A stretch of DNA of 64,000 nucleotides from an uncultured Bacteroidales bacterium (GTDB lineage Bacteria; Bacteroidota; Bacteroidia; Bacteroidales; FEN-979). The notes beneath the pieces are model-generated. The model saw nothing but the letters and a program-made list of their open reading frames with translations, was not told where the DNA came from and did no database searches. The stretch covers positions 1,364-65,363 of the forward strand of contig CAIWTA010000046.1 in NCBI GenBank assembly GCA_903915465.1, written 5' to 3'. Both the position numbers and the translations under genes were made by a program. Positions 51,597 to 62,084 of the stretch are shown piece after piece (position 1 is the stretch's first letter; every line of letters starts with the position of its first letter).

Positions 51597-52160
51597 ATGG
51601 AAGATGCAGCATTAATTGGGAAGTTAAAAACTGGCGACAAAACCGGTTTTACTGAATTGATGCATCTCTATTCCGGCAGGGTGATCAACACCTGCTACAA
51701 ATTCTTACTGGATAAAGAAGATGCAGAAGATCTTTCACAGGAAGTTTTCATTGAAGTGTTTCAGTCCATCCGTTCATTTCGCGGGGATGCAAAATTGTCT
51801 ACCTGGATTTACCGAATCGCAGTATCAAAAAGCCTGGATGAAATAAAAAGACGGAAGCGACAAAAACGCATCACATCCATTGGGAAAATATTACATCTCG
51901 ATGAAGTTGCTCAATGGATTGCAGGAGGTGTAATGCCAGATAAATTGATGGGAGAAAAGGAAAACATGAGGGAAATCATGGAGGCTTTAAATAAACTTCC
52001 TGATAGTCAGCGGGTGGCATTTACATTGAGCAAAATTGATGGATATACCAACAAGGAAATTGCAGAAATCATGAAATCCACAACCGATGCTGTTGAATCG
52101 CTTGTATTTCGTGCAAAGAAGAAGATGACACGGGAGCTTGAAATAATTCTGAAAAAATAA
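51597..52160 (+). CDS. ECF-type RNA polymerase sigma factor
   Basis: DAEDLSQEVF, STWIYRIA, LP..QR.AF.L, EIAEIM, VESL.FRAKK. Confidence 0.95.
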   Translation: MEDAALIGKLKTGDKTGFTELMHLYSGRVINTCYKFLLDKEDAEDLSQEVFIEVFQSIRSFRGDAKLSTWIYRIAVSKSLDEIKRRKRQKRITSIGKILHLDEVAQWIAGGVMPDKLMGEKENMREIMEALNKLPDSQRVAFTLSKIDGYTNKEIAEIMKSTTDAVESLVFRAKKKMTRELEIILKK

Positions 52161-52207
52161 TCGTAAAAAAGTGCCGGCATAGAAGTTTTTTATCGTCAAA
52201 TAAAACA

Positions 52208-52519
52208 ATGATGAAAGATTCAGCATCACATAGCAAAGCAGAACAAGCACTCCGGACGTTTGAATCGCTCGGGAATATTCAGCCATCCGCTGGCTGGGAC
52301 CAGTCGCTGATGATAAAACTTTCATCTGCAAAGCCCTCTTCAAATTCAAGATCATTAATCACAGGTTATACCTTGATCCTTCTGTTTTTTGTGCTCATGA
52401 ACATTGGATTCTTTCTGGGAGCAGTGATTCATGATTCGCATAAAAGTATTTACCGGAACAATGAACTCCAGATAATTTCAAATGAGCTATTGATTAATCC
52501 GACTTCTTTAAACAATTGA
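52208..52519 (+). CDS. Small single-TM protein, putative anti-sigma factor
   Basis: Directly after ECF sigma; soluble N-terminus and one TM helix. Confidence 0.6.
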   Translation: MMKDSASHSKAEQALRTFESLGNIQPSAGWDQSLMIKLSSAKPSSNSRSLITGYTLILLFFVLMNIGFFLGAVIHDSHKSIYRNNELQIISNELLINPTSLNN

Positions 52520-52522
52520 CCC

Positions 52523-53014
52523 ATGGACATTTTCAAGCAGAAAAAAAATTTGGTTCTCATCATCATTGTCCTCTCTTTGCTGAATTTATTTATGATTGGT
52601 GCTTTTATGCTGAAGGATTTTTTCCATAAACCGCCACCGCCTTTGCATTCGCAGGATCAACATGAAGTATCCAATATTTTGCAGAAGGATTTGGGCTTAA
52701 CAGAAAAACAGGCTGAACAGATAGATAAGCTGCGGTCTGATTTTTTCGAAAAAGAGCAATTTTTATCCGCTCAGATAAGCGCCGGAAGGGATTCAATGAA
52801 TATGGCAATGTTTAATAAAATCACAGATGAAGATCTGGTCAAGTCTTTGGCAAAAAAAATTGCCGACAATGAATACAGGATGGAGTTATTACGATTTGAG
52901 CAGGCAAAACAATTCAAATTAATCTGCACACCTGAACAGATGGATAAATTTGAAGGGTTGGTCAAAGAAGTTCGCGACTATTTCAAACCCGAAAATCAAC
53001 CAAAACGAAAATGA
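52523..53014 (+). CDS. Spy/CpxP/ZraP-like periplasmic heavy-metal sensor family protein
   Basis: N-terminal TM with LLN, LGLTEKQ and CTPEQ (LTxxQ) motifs, helical. Confidence 0.85.
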   Translation: MDIFKQKKNLVLIIIVLSLLNLFMIGAFMLKDFFHKPPPPLHSQDQHEVSNILQKDLGLTEKQAEQIDKLRSDFFEKEQFLSAQISAGRDSMNMAMFNKITDEDLVKSLAKKIADNEYRMELLRFEQAKQFKLICTPEQMDKFEGLVKEVRDYFKPENQPKRK

Positions 53015-53071
53015 TTTTTTCCTATTCTCATCAAAAAATAAAAATGTGTTAACCCAACTTAGACTTTACTT

Positions 53072-54865
53072 ATGAAAAAAATTCTTTTCCTTGCAGGTTT
53101 TTTCCTTTTTGCAATTTCCTCTTTTGCCCAGGAATGTTTCATGGTATCCACTGAAACCAGGTATTGGGACAATGCAGGAACCTATTCCGGGTATACCTTA
53201 TTCGGAACCCGCGGAACATCTTACTTAATAGATTTTGAGGGATATGTAATCCACACCTGGAACATTGGTACGAACCCGCGCTTTACAGAAGGGGGAACAC
53301 TACTTGATGCAGTTGGCGGCAACCCAAGCAATCAGAATGTGTGGAAAGAGCTTGACTGGGCCGGCAATGCATTATGGCAATATTCCGAAACCCGCTCAAA
53401 TTATCATGGGCACCATGATTTTGCCAAGATATACAATCCCAAACTCGGAGACTCAACTTTCATCTACATTGCGAATAAAGACCTTACCGCACAACAATGT
53501 CTTGATGCCGGATGCGACCCTTCACACAATTACACCGGAGCCCAGATGGATGCGATCGTAGAAGTTGATATGCAGGGAAATGTCGTTTGGGAATGGTGCT
53601 TCTTTGACCATGTAGTTCAGGATATAGACCCAACTAAACCCACTTATGGGGTCATTGCAGATACTCCCGGCAGGATTGACCTGAATTTGCGGGGCAATCC
53701 GGTAAAAAGTGATTGGATGCACTGCAATTCCCTTGATTATAACCAGACTCTCGATTTAATGGTCGTTAATTCGGTTCATGGCGAATTTTATGTGATTGAT
53801 CATGGAAACACATTTGTTCCTAACAATCCGGTTAGCAGTATTGCACTTGCTGCCAGTAGCCTGGGTGACTTTCAATATCGTTTCGGCGATCCTGCTAAAT
53901 ACGACCAGGGCGATCCTCCTTCGGTACTGGATAACTGGGAGAAAGCAACAGCAGGAAATAAGCAACTTGGAGGTTCTCATGATATCCAATGGATAAAGAC
54001 AGGATTGCCCGGTGAGGGGAATTTTCTGGTTTTTAACAATGCAGAAAACCTTTTTGAACTTACACCGCAGTCATACATAATAGAAATAAACCCCTTTTTA
54101 AACGCTGTAGGAGTAAATACGGGCAATTTCGTCAATCCTCCAGATGCCGGTTACAACATTGTAAACTCTCCTGATGCCAATCTTATGAAGGAAAAGAAAA
54201 ATATTTCAAAACAGGTTGTCTGGAGATATTCCAGTAAAAATAACACCTCCTTCTACAGTACTATCGGCTCAAGTGCTCAGCGATTACCCAATGGGAATAC
54301 CCTGGTTTGTTCCATGAATGATGGACATTTCTTTGAAGTAGCACCCACTGACACCGCCATTGTCTGGGAATATATCAATCCAATGACCCGTGATGGAATA
54401 AAGAAAATAAAAGTGGATAATTATCCTACTTATAACGGTGTCTTCAGAGCGTACAGGTACGCAGCCGATCATCCTGCGCTTGTTGGTCATGACCTGACTC
54501 CTGGTCCCACAATGACCGGAGCAACGCCAAATTACTGGACCCCGGGAGACATCACTGCCGTTAAGAATGAGGAACATCGGGTTATCCAAGACGATGTTCT
54601 TGACCAGAACTATCCAAACCCGTTTACCTATTCAACTACCATAGAATTCGAAATTGCTGAATCCAAACAGGTAAGTGTCGTGATCTATGATTTTTCCGGA
54701 AATCATGTTAAATCATTGCTGAATACAAGATATCCAAAGGGGAAATATTCCCTGACCTGGGACGGTACCAATGACAATTCCCAGCACGTGGCAAGCGGTA
54801 TGTATTTTTATATTCTGATGGCTGACAATCACACTTTGAGTAAGAAAATGATCTATTGCAGGTAG
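53072..54865 (+). CDS. Arylsulfotransferase (ASST)-like beta-propeller with T9SS type A CTD
   Basis: GYTLF, HHDF, DWMHCNS, SHDIQW, AQRLPNGNTL; QNYPNPF...WDG...KKMI. Confidence 0.85.
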   Translation: MKKILFLAGFFLFAISSFAQECFMVSTETRYWDNAGTYSGYTLFGTRGTSYLIDFEGYVIHTWNIGTNPRFTEGGTLLDAVGGNPSNQNVWKELDWAGNALWQYSETRSNYHGHHDFAKIYNPKLGDSTFIYIANKDLTAQQCLDAGCDPSHNYTGAQMDAIVEVDMQGNVVWEWCFFDHVVQDIDPTKPTYGVIADTPGRIDLNLRGNPVKSDWMHCNSLDYNQTLDLMVVNSVHGEFYVIDHGNTFVPNNPVSSIALAASSLGDFQYRFGDPAKYDQGDPPSVLDNWEKATAGNKQLGGSHDIQWIKTGLPGEGNFLVFNNAENLFELTPQSYIIEINPFLNAVGVNTGNFVNPPDAGYNIVNSPDANLMKEKKNISKQVVWRYSSKNNTSFYSTIGSSAQRLPNGNTLVCSMNDGHFFEVAPTDTAIVWEYINPMTRDGIKKIKVDNYPTYNGVFRAYRYAADHPALVGHDLTPGPTMTGATPNYWTPGDITAVKNEEHRVIQDDVLDQNYPNPFTYSTTIEFEIAESKQVSVVIYDFSGNHVKSLLNTRYPKGKYSLTWDGTNDNSQHVASGMYFYILMADNHTLSKKMIYCR

Positions 54866-54889
54866 TCCTAACCCATAACTCATTATACC

Positions 54890-57800
54890 ATGAAAACAAT
54901 TATCCTCATCTTGATTTTTGGATTGCTTGCAGAACTTTCCATTTCACAAGAAATGCCCGTAAACAAAGTATCCGATTCCGGGAAAACCCAAACAAAATTA
55001 TCTATAAAAGCCGGCCAGTCGCTGACCTTTCAAACCATCAATGAATCCCTGATTCCAAAGGGAGATTATGTGATGGGAGACCATTTCGGTTTTGTCGATC
55101 CAAATCATCCCAGTGATGAGACGCCCATCCATACGGTGTCGATCGATTCATTTTACATGGCCAAGAACCTGACCACCAACCAGCAATTCCTTCTCTTCCT
55201 GAACTCGATGCTGGCTGCCGGTTCCATCCATGTGCAGAACAACCGGGTTTACATGACCGGTGATACCAATACGCTCTGTTATACATATCAGTATGCCTAC
55301 TATTACAGCATCGGCTATAACGGGACCTCTTTCAGCATTGCCGATTTCAGAGCGAATCACCCGGTTGTTGGTGTGATGTGGTACGGCGCAGCGCTATACT
55401 GCAACTGGCTGAGCCAGCAGAACGCGTTGCAGAGCTGTTACAACACCCAGACCTGGATCTGCGATTTCATAAAGACCGGATACCGGCTTCCCACGGAGGC
55501 CGAATGGGAATATGCGGGACGGGGCGGACATACGAACCCTTACTACAACTATCCGAACGGAAATTCAATCGACGTAACAGAGACAAACCTGCCGGATTCG
55601 GGAGATCCTTACGAAACCGGCGCCTATCCATTGACAACACCAGTAGGGTTTTATGATGGAATGTTGAAATATAAATCTGACTACAACTGGCCAGGAAGTA
55701 TGACAAGCTACCAGACATCAGCCGGTGTCAATGGTTTTGGCCTTTATGATATGGAAGGAAATGTGTGGCAATTTGTCAACGACTGGTACAGCCAGAACTA
55801 TTACAGTGTAAGTTCAACAGATAATCCGACAGGTCCTTCAACAGGAAGCACCATGCCCGATGGCAAATCATACAGGGGTATGCGCGGAGGAAACTGGTAT
55901 AATGGCGATGTTATCAGTGGTGTAAATGACGGACATTCGCGGATTTCAAACCGCAATCCCTCCTACTATCGCGGACCGCAGGATCCGTATCATCCGTGGT
56001 ACCATGTAGGTTTCCGGGTCGCCAGAGGGTTTACAAGCACTTCTCCCGGTACAACCAATACTGTCGGCCTGTTCCTGAATGATACCATAAATGCTTGTGC
56101 CGGTTATACTTTATTTGCGCCCAAGCACAACACTATGACTTACCTGATCAATAATGAGGGAAGAAAAGTTCATCAGTGGACGGCAAGTACCTACAATCCG
56201 GGACAATCTGTTTACCTTCTGGAGAACGGCAATCTGCTCAGGACATGTCAGGTTATGGGACAGCTCGGTTCAGGAGGCGGTGAAGGCGGCAGGCTCGAAG
56301 AATATAACTGGAACGACAGCCTGGTCTGGCAGTTTAACTATTCCACTGCCAACTACACGCAGCACCATGATGTGAAACGTCTGGCAAACGGGAATATCAT
56401 TATGCTGGTAGTGGAGAAAAAACTATATGCAGATTTGATTGCAGCAGGATTTAATCCGAGTAACTTCCAACCGGATATCCAGCAAAAAGGATACATGCTT
56501 CCCGATTATGTGGTAGAGATACACCCGACACCACCGCTTGGGGGAACCATTGTGTGGGAATGGCATGTTTGGGATCACTTAATACAGGATTATGATGCCA
56601 CAAAATCAAATTACGGGGTCGTCAATGCTCACCCTGAACTGATTGATTGTGATGGTGACCGCCGGAAACTTCCATTATTCTGGAACCACATGAATTGCAT
56701 TGATTATAATCCGGTACTTGACCAGATTGTTTTAAGTGTGAGAGGGAACAGCGAATTGTGGGTAGTGGATCACAGCACTACAACAGCACAATCTGCATCT
56801 CATAGTGGCGGCGCGCACGGCAAAGGCGGCGACCTTCTTTACCGATGGGGAAATCCTCTGACATATGGCGCCGGAAACGTAAGCAATGAAAAATATTTTG
56901 AACAACACGATGTGGAATGGGTCAAACCTGGTTGTCCGGGGGCAGGTAACTTAACCTGTTTTAATAATGGTGTCGGCCGGAATTACTCCACTATTGATGA
57001 GATCACTCCACCGGTTGATGCGAATGGCAACTATACACTGGCTTCAGGATCTGCATTTGGCCCAACTGCTCTTTCATGGACCTATCAGGCAACTCCTCCA
57101 TCATCCCTTTTTGCTCATGATATATCCGGAGCACAGCGTTTACAAAACGGGAATACCTTGATTGATGACGGACCTACAGGAACATTTATTGAAGTCACAT
57201 CAGCCGGAGCTGTTGTATGGAAGTATATCAACCCCACCACAAATTCCGGGCCTGTCACCCAAGGTGACACTTTACCACATGATCCTACCCATCCGGAAGA
57301 AACAATGAATTCTGTGTTCAGGGTTTACAGATATGCTCCAAGTTATCCGGCATTTAGTGGGAAAGATATGACGCCAGGTGATTTTATCGAACTTTACCCG
57401 TCAAAAACAGTAAATATGACAATCCTGCTTGAAGGACTCTATGCAGGAAATGGGACAATGAACCAGGCGCAAGATGCTATCGGACCTCACTGGACAAGCC
57501 CAATTGTGGATAAAATTACAGTCGAATTGCACAGCGGGTCAAATTATGCAAACATCCTTTATAGTACTTCGAATGTCTCTTTAAATGCAGATGGAACAGC
57601 TTCTTTTACTTTACCATCATACTATTCAGGGAATTATTATGTGACGATTAAGAACCGTAACCATATCCTGACTTCAACCGCGCTGCCGGTATCTTTTGGG
57701 TCTTCGGCAGTCAGCTATAAATTTGATGCCCCGGCGAAATCATACGGGCCCAATATGTTACTGATGGGAGACGGTGCCTATGCATTCTACGGAGGCGATG

Positions 57801-57976
57801 TAAACCAGGATGGACTTGTGGATGGAGGAGATTTATCTGACATCGCTAATCTTTCCACATTAGCTGCCAGCGGGTATCTGCCGGAAGATGTAAATGGGGA
57901 TGGGCTGATTGATGGTTCCGACTTGTCTGCTGCCGGCAACAATGCTGATATTGCTATTGGAGCACTTACTCCATAA
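54890..57976 (+). CDS. Secreted fusion: FGE/SUMF1-like domain + ASST-like domain + dockerin/EF-hand-like C-terminus
   Basis: RLPTEAEWEYA, NGFGLYDMEGNVW, GFRVAR; HHDV, HMNCID, QHD; GDVNQDGLVD/DVNGDGLID. Confidence 0.87.
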   Translation: MKTIILILIFGLLAELSISQEMPVNKVSDSGKTQTKLSIKAGQSLTFQTINESLIPKGDYVMGDHFGFVDPNHPSDETPIHTVSIDSFYMAKNLTTNQQFLLFLNSMLAAGSIHVQNNRVYMTGDTNTLCYTYQYAYYYSIGYNGTSFSIADFRANHPVVGVMWYGAALYCNWLSQQNALQSCYNTQTWICDFIKTGYRLPTEAEWEYAGRGGHTNPYYNYPNGNSIDVTETNLPDSGDPYETGAYPLTTPVGFYDGMLKYKSDYNWPGSMTSYQTSAGVNGFGLYDMEGNVWQFVNDWYSQNYYSVSSTDNPTGPSTGSTMPDGKSYRGMRGGNWYNGDVISGVNDGHSRISNRNPSYYRGPQDPYHPWYHVGFRVARGFTSTSPGTTNTVGLFLNDTINACAGYTLFAPKHNTMTYLINNEGRKVHQWTASTYNPGQSVYLLENGNLLRTCQVMGQLGSGGGEGGRLEEYNWNDSLVWQFNYSTANYTQHHDVKRLANGNIIMLVVEKKLYADLIAAGFNPSNFQPDIQQKGYMLPDYVVEIHPTPPLGGTIVWEWHVWDHLIQDYDATKSNYGVVNAHPELIDCDGDRRKLPLFWNHMNCIDYNPVLDQIVLSVRGNSELWVVDHSTTTAQSASHSGGAHGKGGDLLYRWGNPLTYGAGNVSNEKYFEQHDVEWVKPGCPGAGNLTCFNNGVGRNYSTIDEITPPVDANGNYTLASGSAFGPTALSWTYQATPPSSLFAHDISGAQRLQNGNTLIDDGPTGTFIEVTSAGAVVWKYINPTTNSGPVTQGDTLPHDPTHPEETMNSVFRVYRYAPSYPAFSGKDMTPGDFIELYPSKTVNMTILLEGLYAGNGTMNQAQDAIGPHWTSPIVDKITVELHSGSNYANILYSTSNVSLNADGTASFTLPSYYSGNYYVTIKNRNHILTSTALPVSFGSSAVSYKFDAPAKSYGPNMLLMGDGAYAFYGGDVNQDGLVDGGDLSDIANLSTLAASGYLPEDVNGDGLIDGSDLSAAGNNADIAIGALTP

Positions 57977-58064
57977 AATAATTATTGAAACCCTGCTTCT
58001 TGAATTATCAAAAAATTATTGACCAAGATGTAAATTTGGAAAAATATACTTTTAACATTTATCC

Positions 58065-59726
58065 ATGAAGTACTTTTCATTATTTATTTTTATGCTATCT
58101 GCCAGCAGCAATCTAATCTTCAGTCAGAATTTCACTGAGATATTAGGCCGCCCAACGGATTCCTCAATTTCTATAAACTTCCTGGCTGATCAGAACACAG
58201 ATGTGTATTGGGAATATGGCTTCTCTTCAGGTGCCTATCCTTTTTCCACTGGCAACTTTGTTGCGGTAAAGGATACAACTCTTGAAGCTGATTTTACCGA
58301 CTTGATGCCTGATCATAAATATTATTATAGAACAAGGTACAGAGTGAACGGCAGTTCAGCTTCCTTTACAAATGGCCCGGAACATACTTTCCATACTTCC
58401 CGGATACCTGGATCTACATTCACCTTCGCAATTGAGGCCGATCCGCACTTAGACACCAATTCAATACCTGCCGCCTACTCATTGACACTTCAAAACATAC
58501 TGGTAAAAAATCCCGATTTCCTGCTCGACCTCGGGGATATCTTCATGTCGGAAAAGTTTCCGCCCGTTACTCAACAAACAATCACCGCCCGTCACCTGCT
58601 TTACAGGTCTTACTACGGCTCGGTTTGCCACTCTGTTCCGCTTTTCATCGTGATCGGAAATCATGAAGGAGAGAATGGTTGGGTCCTTAACGGAACCGCA
58701 GATTGTCTGCCTGTGATGGCCGCAAATACCAGGAAAATGTATTATCCGAATCCATTCCCCGATGGATTTTATTCGGGTGATACAATTGCCGAAAACTTCG
58801 TAGGGCTTCGTCAGAACTATTATGCATGGGAATGGGGAAATTCATTGTTCATTGTTTTGGATCCATACTGGTACACAATTACCAAGCCGGAATGGGGATG
58901 GACACTGGGAGAAGACCAGTACAACTGGTTTAAGAATGTTATCACGACGAGCCATGCAAAATTCAAGTTTATCTTCTGTCATCAATTAGTTGGTGGAGAT
59001 GGCAACGATGGCCGCGGTGGAACAGAATACTCCGGCTTCTTTGAAATGGGTGGAAAAAATGTTGATTCATCCTGGGGATTTGATACGCACCGTCCGGGCT
59101 GGGGCAAAACTATTCATGAACTGATGGTTGAAAGTAATGCAACAATCTTCTTTCATGGACATGATCATTGCTATGCAAAACAAGACATGGACGGAATCGT
59201 GTACCAGGAAGTACCTCAGCCTTCTTCAAGAAATATAACAAATATTACTGGCACACAATACGGTTATGTGAATGGCGTCCTGATGCCAAGCCGGGGCTAT
59301 CTTCTCGTCACAATCACAGATTCAAGCGCAAAAGTCGATTATATCAGGACATTTCTTCCCAATGAGGAGAGTGCATCTCATACCAATGGCGAAATAGCCT
59401 ATTCTTATACCATTGCCTCCCATCCTTCTGCAATTGAAGAAAAAAAAGATGAATCATCATCATTTCAGCTATCTCAGAATTGTCCGAACCCATTTAATCA
59501 GGAAACATCAATAAATTATAAAATCCTGCAGGCTGAAAAAGTTCAGATAAAAGTCTATGATTTGTTTGGAAGAGAAATTTCGACACTTGTTGATCAATAT
59601 CTGCAACCCGGAAATTATGCTGTTCCGTTAAGTTCAGAGAAATCATCACTGAGAGGAGGAATCTACTGTTACCGGATTACCTGCGGAAATTATTCGAAGA
59701 GTATGAAAATGATTTGTATTAAATAA
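58065..59726 (+). CDS. Secreted metallophosphoesterase with T9SS type A CTD (paralog of 49855-51507)
   Basis: ADPH, LGDIF, GNHE, GHDH; QNCPNPF...KMI. Confidence 0.87.
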   Translation: MKYFSLFIFMLSASSNLIFSQNFTEILGRPTDSSISINFLADQNTDVYWEYGFSSGAYPFSTGNFVAVKDTTLEADFTDLMPDHKYYYRTRYRVNGSSASFTNGPEHTFHTSRIPGSTFTFAIEADPHLDTNSIPAAYSLTLQNILVKNPDFLLDLGDIFMSEKFPPVTQQTITARHLLYRSYYGSVCHSVPLFIVIGNHEGENGWVLNGTADCLPVMAANTRKMYYPNPFPDGFYSGDTIAENFVGLRQNYYAWEWGNSLFIVLDPYWYTITKPEWGWTLGEDQYNWFKNVITTSHAKFKFIFCHQLVGGDGNDGRGGTEYSGFFEMGGKNVDSSWGFDTHRPGWGKTIHELMVESNATIFFHGHDHCYAKQDMDGIVYQEVPQPSSRNITNITGTQYGYVNGVLMPSRGYLLVTITDSSAKVDYIRTFLPNEESASHTNGEIAYSYTIASHPSAIEEKKDESSSFQLSQNCPNPFNQETSINYKILQAEKVQIKVYDLFGREISTLVDQYLQPGNYAVPLSSEKSSLRGGIYCYRITCGNYSKSMKMICIK

Positions 59727-59743
59727 ATTTAACCGGAACCTTT

Positions 59744-62008
59744 ATGATTTGCTTAAAACAAAAAATGATCATCGCAATAGTAATTGCCGGATTATTTTCC
59801 CCGCAGGGTTTTGCGCAGAAACTTCTTCCATTCAGGCTGTCTGATTCAGGACAAACCGGCAGCTACACCTCAACCCCGGGAGAAGATGCTGATTTCATCA
59901 TGAATCCTTTATCATTTACCGATAACGGGGATGGAACCATCACTGACAATAACAGTTTATTGATGTGGCAGAAAACCGATGGCGGTGAAATGACCTTTGA
60001 AAATGCAGTCACATATTGCAGTGATCTGACGCTGGGAGTCTTCAGTGACTGGCGACTTCCCACGAGCATCGAATTATTCAGCATCAACCATTACAACCAT
60101 CTCAATCCTGCGCTTGACACGAACTATTTTACGAAAACCTTAGCACAGTATTGGTGGACCAGCGAGACACAAGTGGATGATCCTTCAAAAGTGTGGGTTG
60201 TCAATGCCGGAGGTGGAATCGGGGCGCATCCGAAAACAGAAACTTTGAGTGCCGGAGGAACAAAGCTGTTTCATGTGAGAGCTGTAAGAAATCCTGTATC
60301 AACAACGTTTCCAGTATCTCACTTTACTGACAACGAAAACGAGACTATCACCGATAACTTTACAGGACTGACCTGGCAGAAAATCCAATCCTCAAATGCC
60401 ATGACCTGGGAAGAAGCGCTCGCATACAGCAACAGCTTATCATTTGCAGGTAAATCAGATTGGAGATTACCCAATGTCAAGGAGTTGCAATCTTTGAATG
60501 ATGTTGCATTATTCAAACCATCCTTCAATAAAAATTATTTCACTAATGTACTTTCAGGAAATTACTGGTCTTCAACGACAATGATCAACGCATTATCGAG
60601 AGCATGGGACATCAATGTTGACTATGGGATTGTTTCATACAATGAAAAAACAGTTCCGGAAAATGTAATTGTCGTAAGGGGCGGGCTTGACAACAAGGAA
60701 CTCAATATCAATGAAGTGTCCGTTCCTGGCGGTGAATATGAAATGGGTGACCACAATGGCCACTACGATCCCAGTCATCCAAATGATGAAATACCGGTTC
60801 ATCTGGTAAAAGTTGATTCCACTAATATGTCGACGACTGAAACAACGAATCAGCAGTTCCTGGCATTTCTGAATTCATCTTTGTTATCCGGAATAATTGA
60901 AGTTAGCAACAACCGTGTGCATCTTACCGGAGATACCAATACCTTATATATCACCCATCAGAATGCTTCATATTACAGTATTGGTTTTGACGGGAATGTA
61001 TTTTCAATGTCTGATTTCAGGGGAAACCATCCTGTTGTGGGTGCAATGTGGTTTGGCGCTGCTGCTTTTTGCAACTGGTTAAGCAATAATAATGGATTGC
61101 AGGAATGTTATGATCTTCCTTCGGGAGATTGCGATTTTTCGCTTGATGGTTATCGACTTCCGACGGAAGCAGAATGGGAATATGCAGGAAGAGGCGGTCA
61201 TTTGAATCCATATTATAAATTTCCTAATGGGAATGTGGTTGATGTTACCCAGGCAAACCTGCCGAATTCGGGCGATCCTTATGAAACAGGAGATTATCCG
61301 TTGACGACCCCTGTTGGATTTTATGATGGAAATCTTAAGCTGAAGTCAGAATATAACTGGCCTTCAGGTGCGACAAGTTATCAGACATCCAATAGTGCAA
61401 ATGGTTTCGGATTGTTTGATATGCAGGGGAATGTCTGGGAGTTTTTGAATGACTGGTATGGCAACGACTATTACAGCAGCAGCCCCTATGATAATCCCAC
61501 AGGTCCTGCCACAGGATCGATCATGCCGGATGGTAAGCCATACAGGAGCATGCGAGGTGGAAACTGGTACAATGGTATCGATTCGAACAATGTAAATGAC
61601 GGGCATTCGAGAGTATCCAACCGCGATCCTTCCTATTTCCGCGGTCCCCAGGATCCAAACCACCCCTGGTATCATGTTGGATTTCGTGTGGCAAGAAATT
61701 ATTCACCGCTGACAGGAATTGGTGAAAATGGGAATGCACAGCCCGAAACATTCAAGCTGGCACAAAATTACCCGAATCCATTTAACCGCCTGACAACCAT
61801 TCGGTTTTATGTTCCGTATGTTTCAGATATTATCATAAAAGTCAGCAATACATTTAACCAGGAAGTTACAAGATTGGTTGATGGGATGAAGAGCCCGGGA
61901 TGGTATTCAGTTGCATGGGATGGCAGCAGGGTCAGAAGTGGAGTTTACTTTTGTACATATTCTGATGGAACTCATCAGTCGACCATTAAGATGATTGTGA
62001 TAAAATAA
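59744..62008 (+). CDS. Secreted fusion: two DUF1566 (Lcl-type) domains + FGE/SUMF1-like domain + T9SS type A CTD
   Basis: FTDN..TITD...L.WQK, DWRLP...EL, YWS/YWW twice; RLPTEAEWEYA; QNYPNPFN. Confidence 0.87.
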   Translation: MICLKQKMIIAIVIAGLFSPQGFAQKLLPFRLSDSGQTGSYTSTPGEDADFIMNPLSFTDNGDGTITDNNSLLMWQKTDGGEMTFENAVTYCSDLTLGVFSDWRLPTSIELFSINHYNHLNPALDTNYFTKTLAQYWWTSETQVDDPSKVWVVNAGGGIGAHPKTETLSAGGTKLFHVRAVRNPVSTTFPVSHFTDNENETITDNFTGLTWQKIQSSNAMTWEEALAYSNSLSFAGKSDWRLPNVKELQSLNDVALFKPSFNKNYFTNVLSGNYWSSTTMINALSRAWDINVDYGIVSYNEKTVPENVIVVRGGLDNKELNINEVSVPGGEYEMGDHNGHYDPSHPNDEIPVHLVKVDSTNMSTTETTNQQFLAFLNSSLLSGIIEVSNNRVHLTGDTNTLYITHQNASYYSIGFDGNVFSMSDFRGNHPVVGAMWFGAAAFCNWLSNNNGLQECYDLPSGDCDFSLDGYRLPTEAEWEYAGRGGHLNPYYKFPNGNVVDVTQANLPNSGDPYETGDYPLTTPVGFYDGNLKLKSEYNWPSGATSYQTSNSANGFGLFDMQGNVWEFLNDWYGNDYYSSSPYDNPTGPATGSIMPDGKPYRSMRGGNWYNGIDSNNVNDGHSRVSNRDPSYFRGPQDPNHPWYHVGFRVARNYSPLTGIGENGNAQPETFKLAQNYPNPFNRLTTIRFYVPYVSDIIIKVSNTFNQEVTRLVDGMKSPGWYSVAWDGSRVRSGVYFCTYSDGTHQSTIKMIVIK

Positions 62009-62084
62009 CATTATCTGCGAAACAACTATATAACTAATTGGAAAAGATTAATAACCAAGCATCTACAATTCTTCTATTTACACA

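Noticed and set aside
52171-52200. ECF-type promoter (GCCGGCAT...CGTC) between sigma and anti-sigma; another CGTC at 51565
   Set aside because: The two candidate sites share no convincing -35 element; too weak to call by eye.
54890-62008. Diversity-generating retroelement (FGE and DUF1566 C-type-lectin folds are common DGR targets; an Avd-like gene is in the window)
   Set aside because: No reverse transcriptase and no non-coding template repeat seen. The two GFRVAR-proximal regions differ mostly at synonymous sites, not specifically at adenines.
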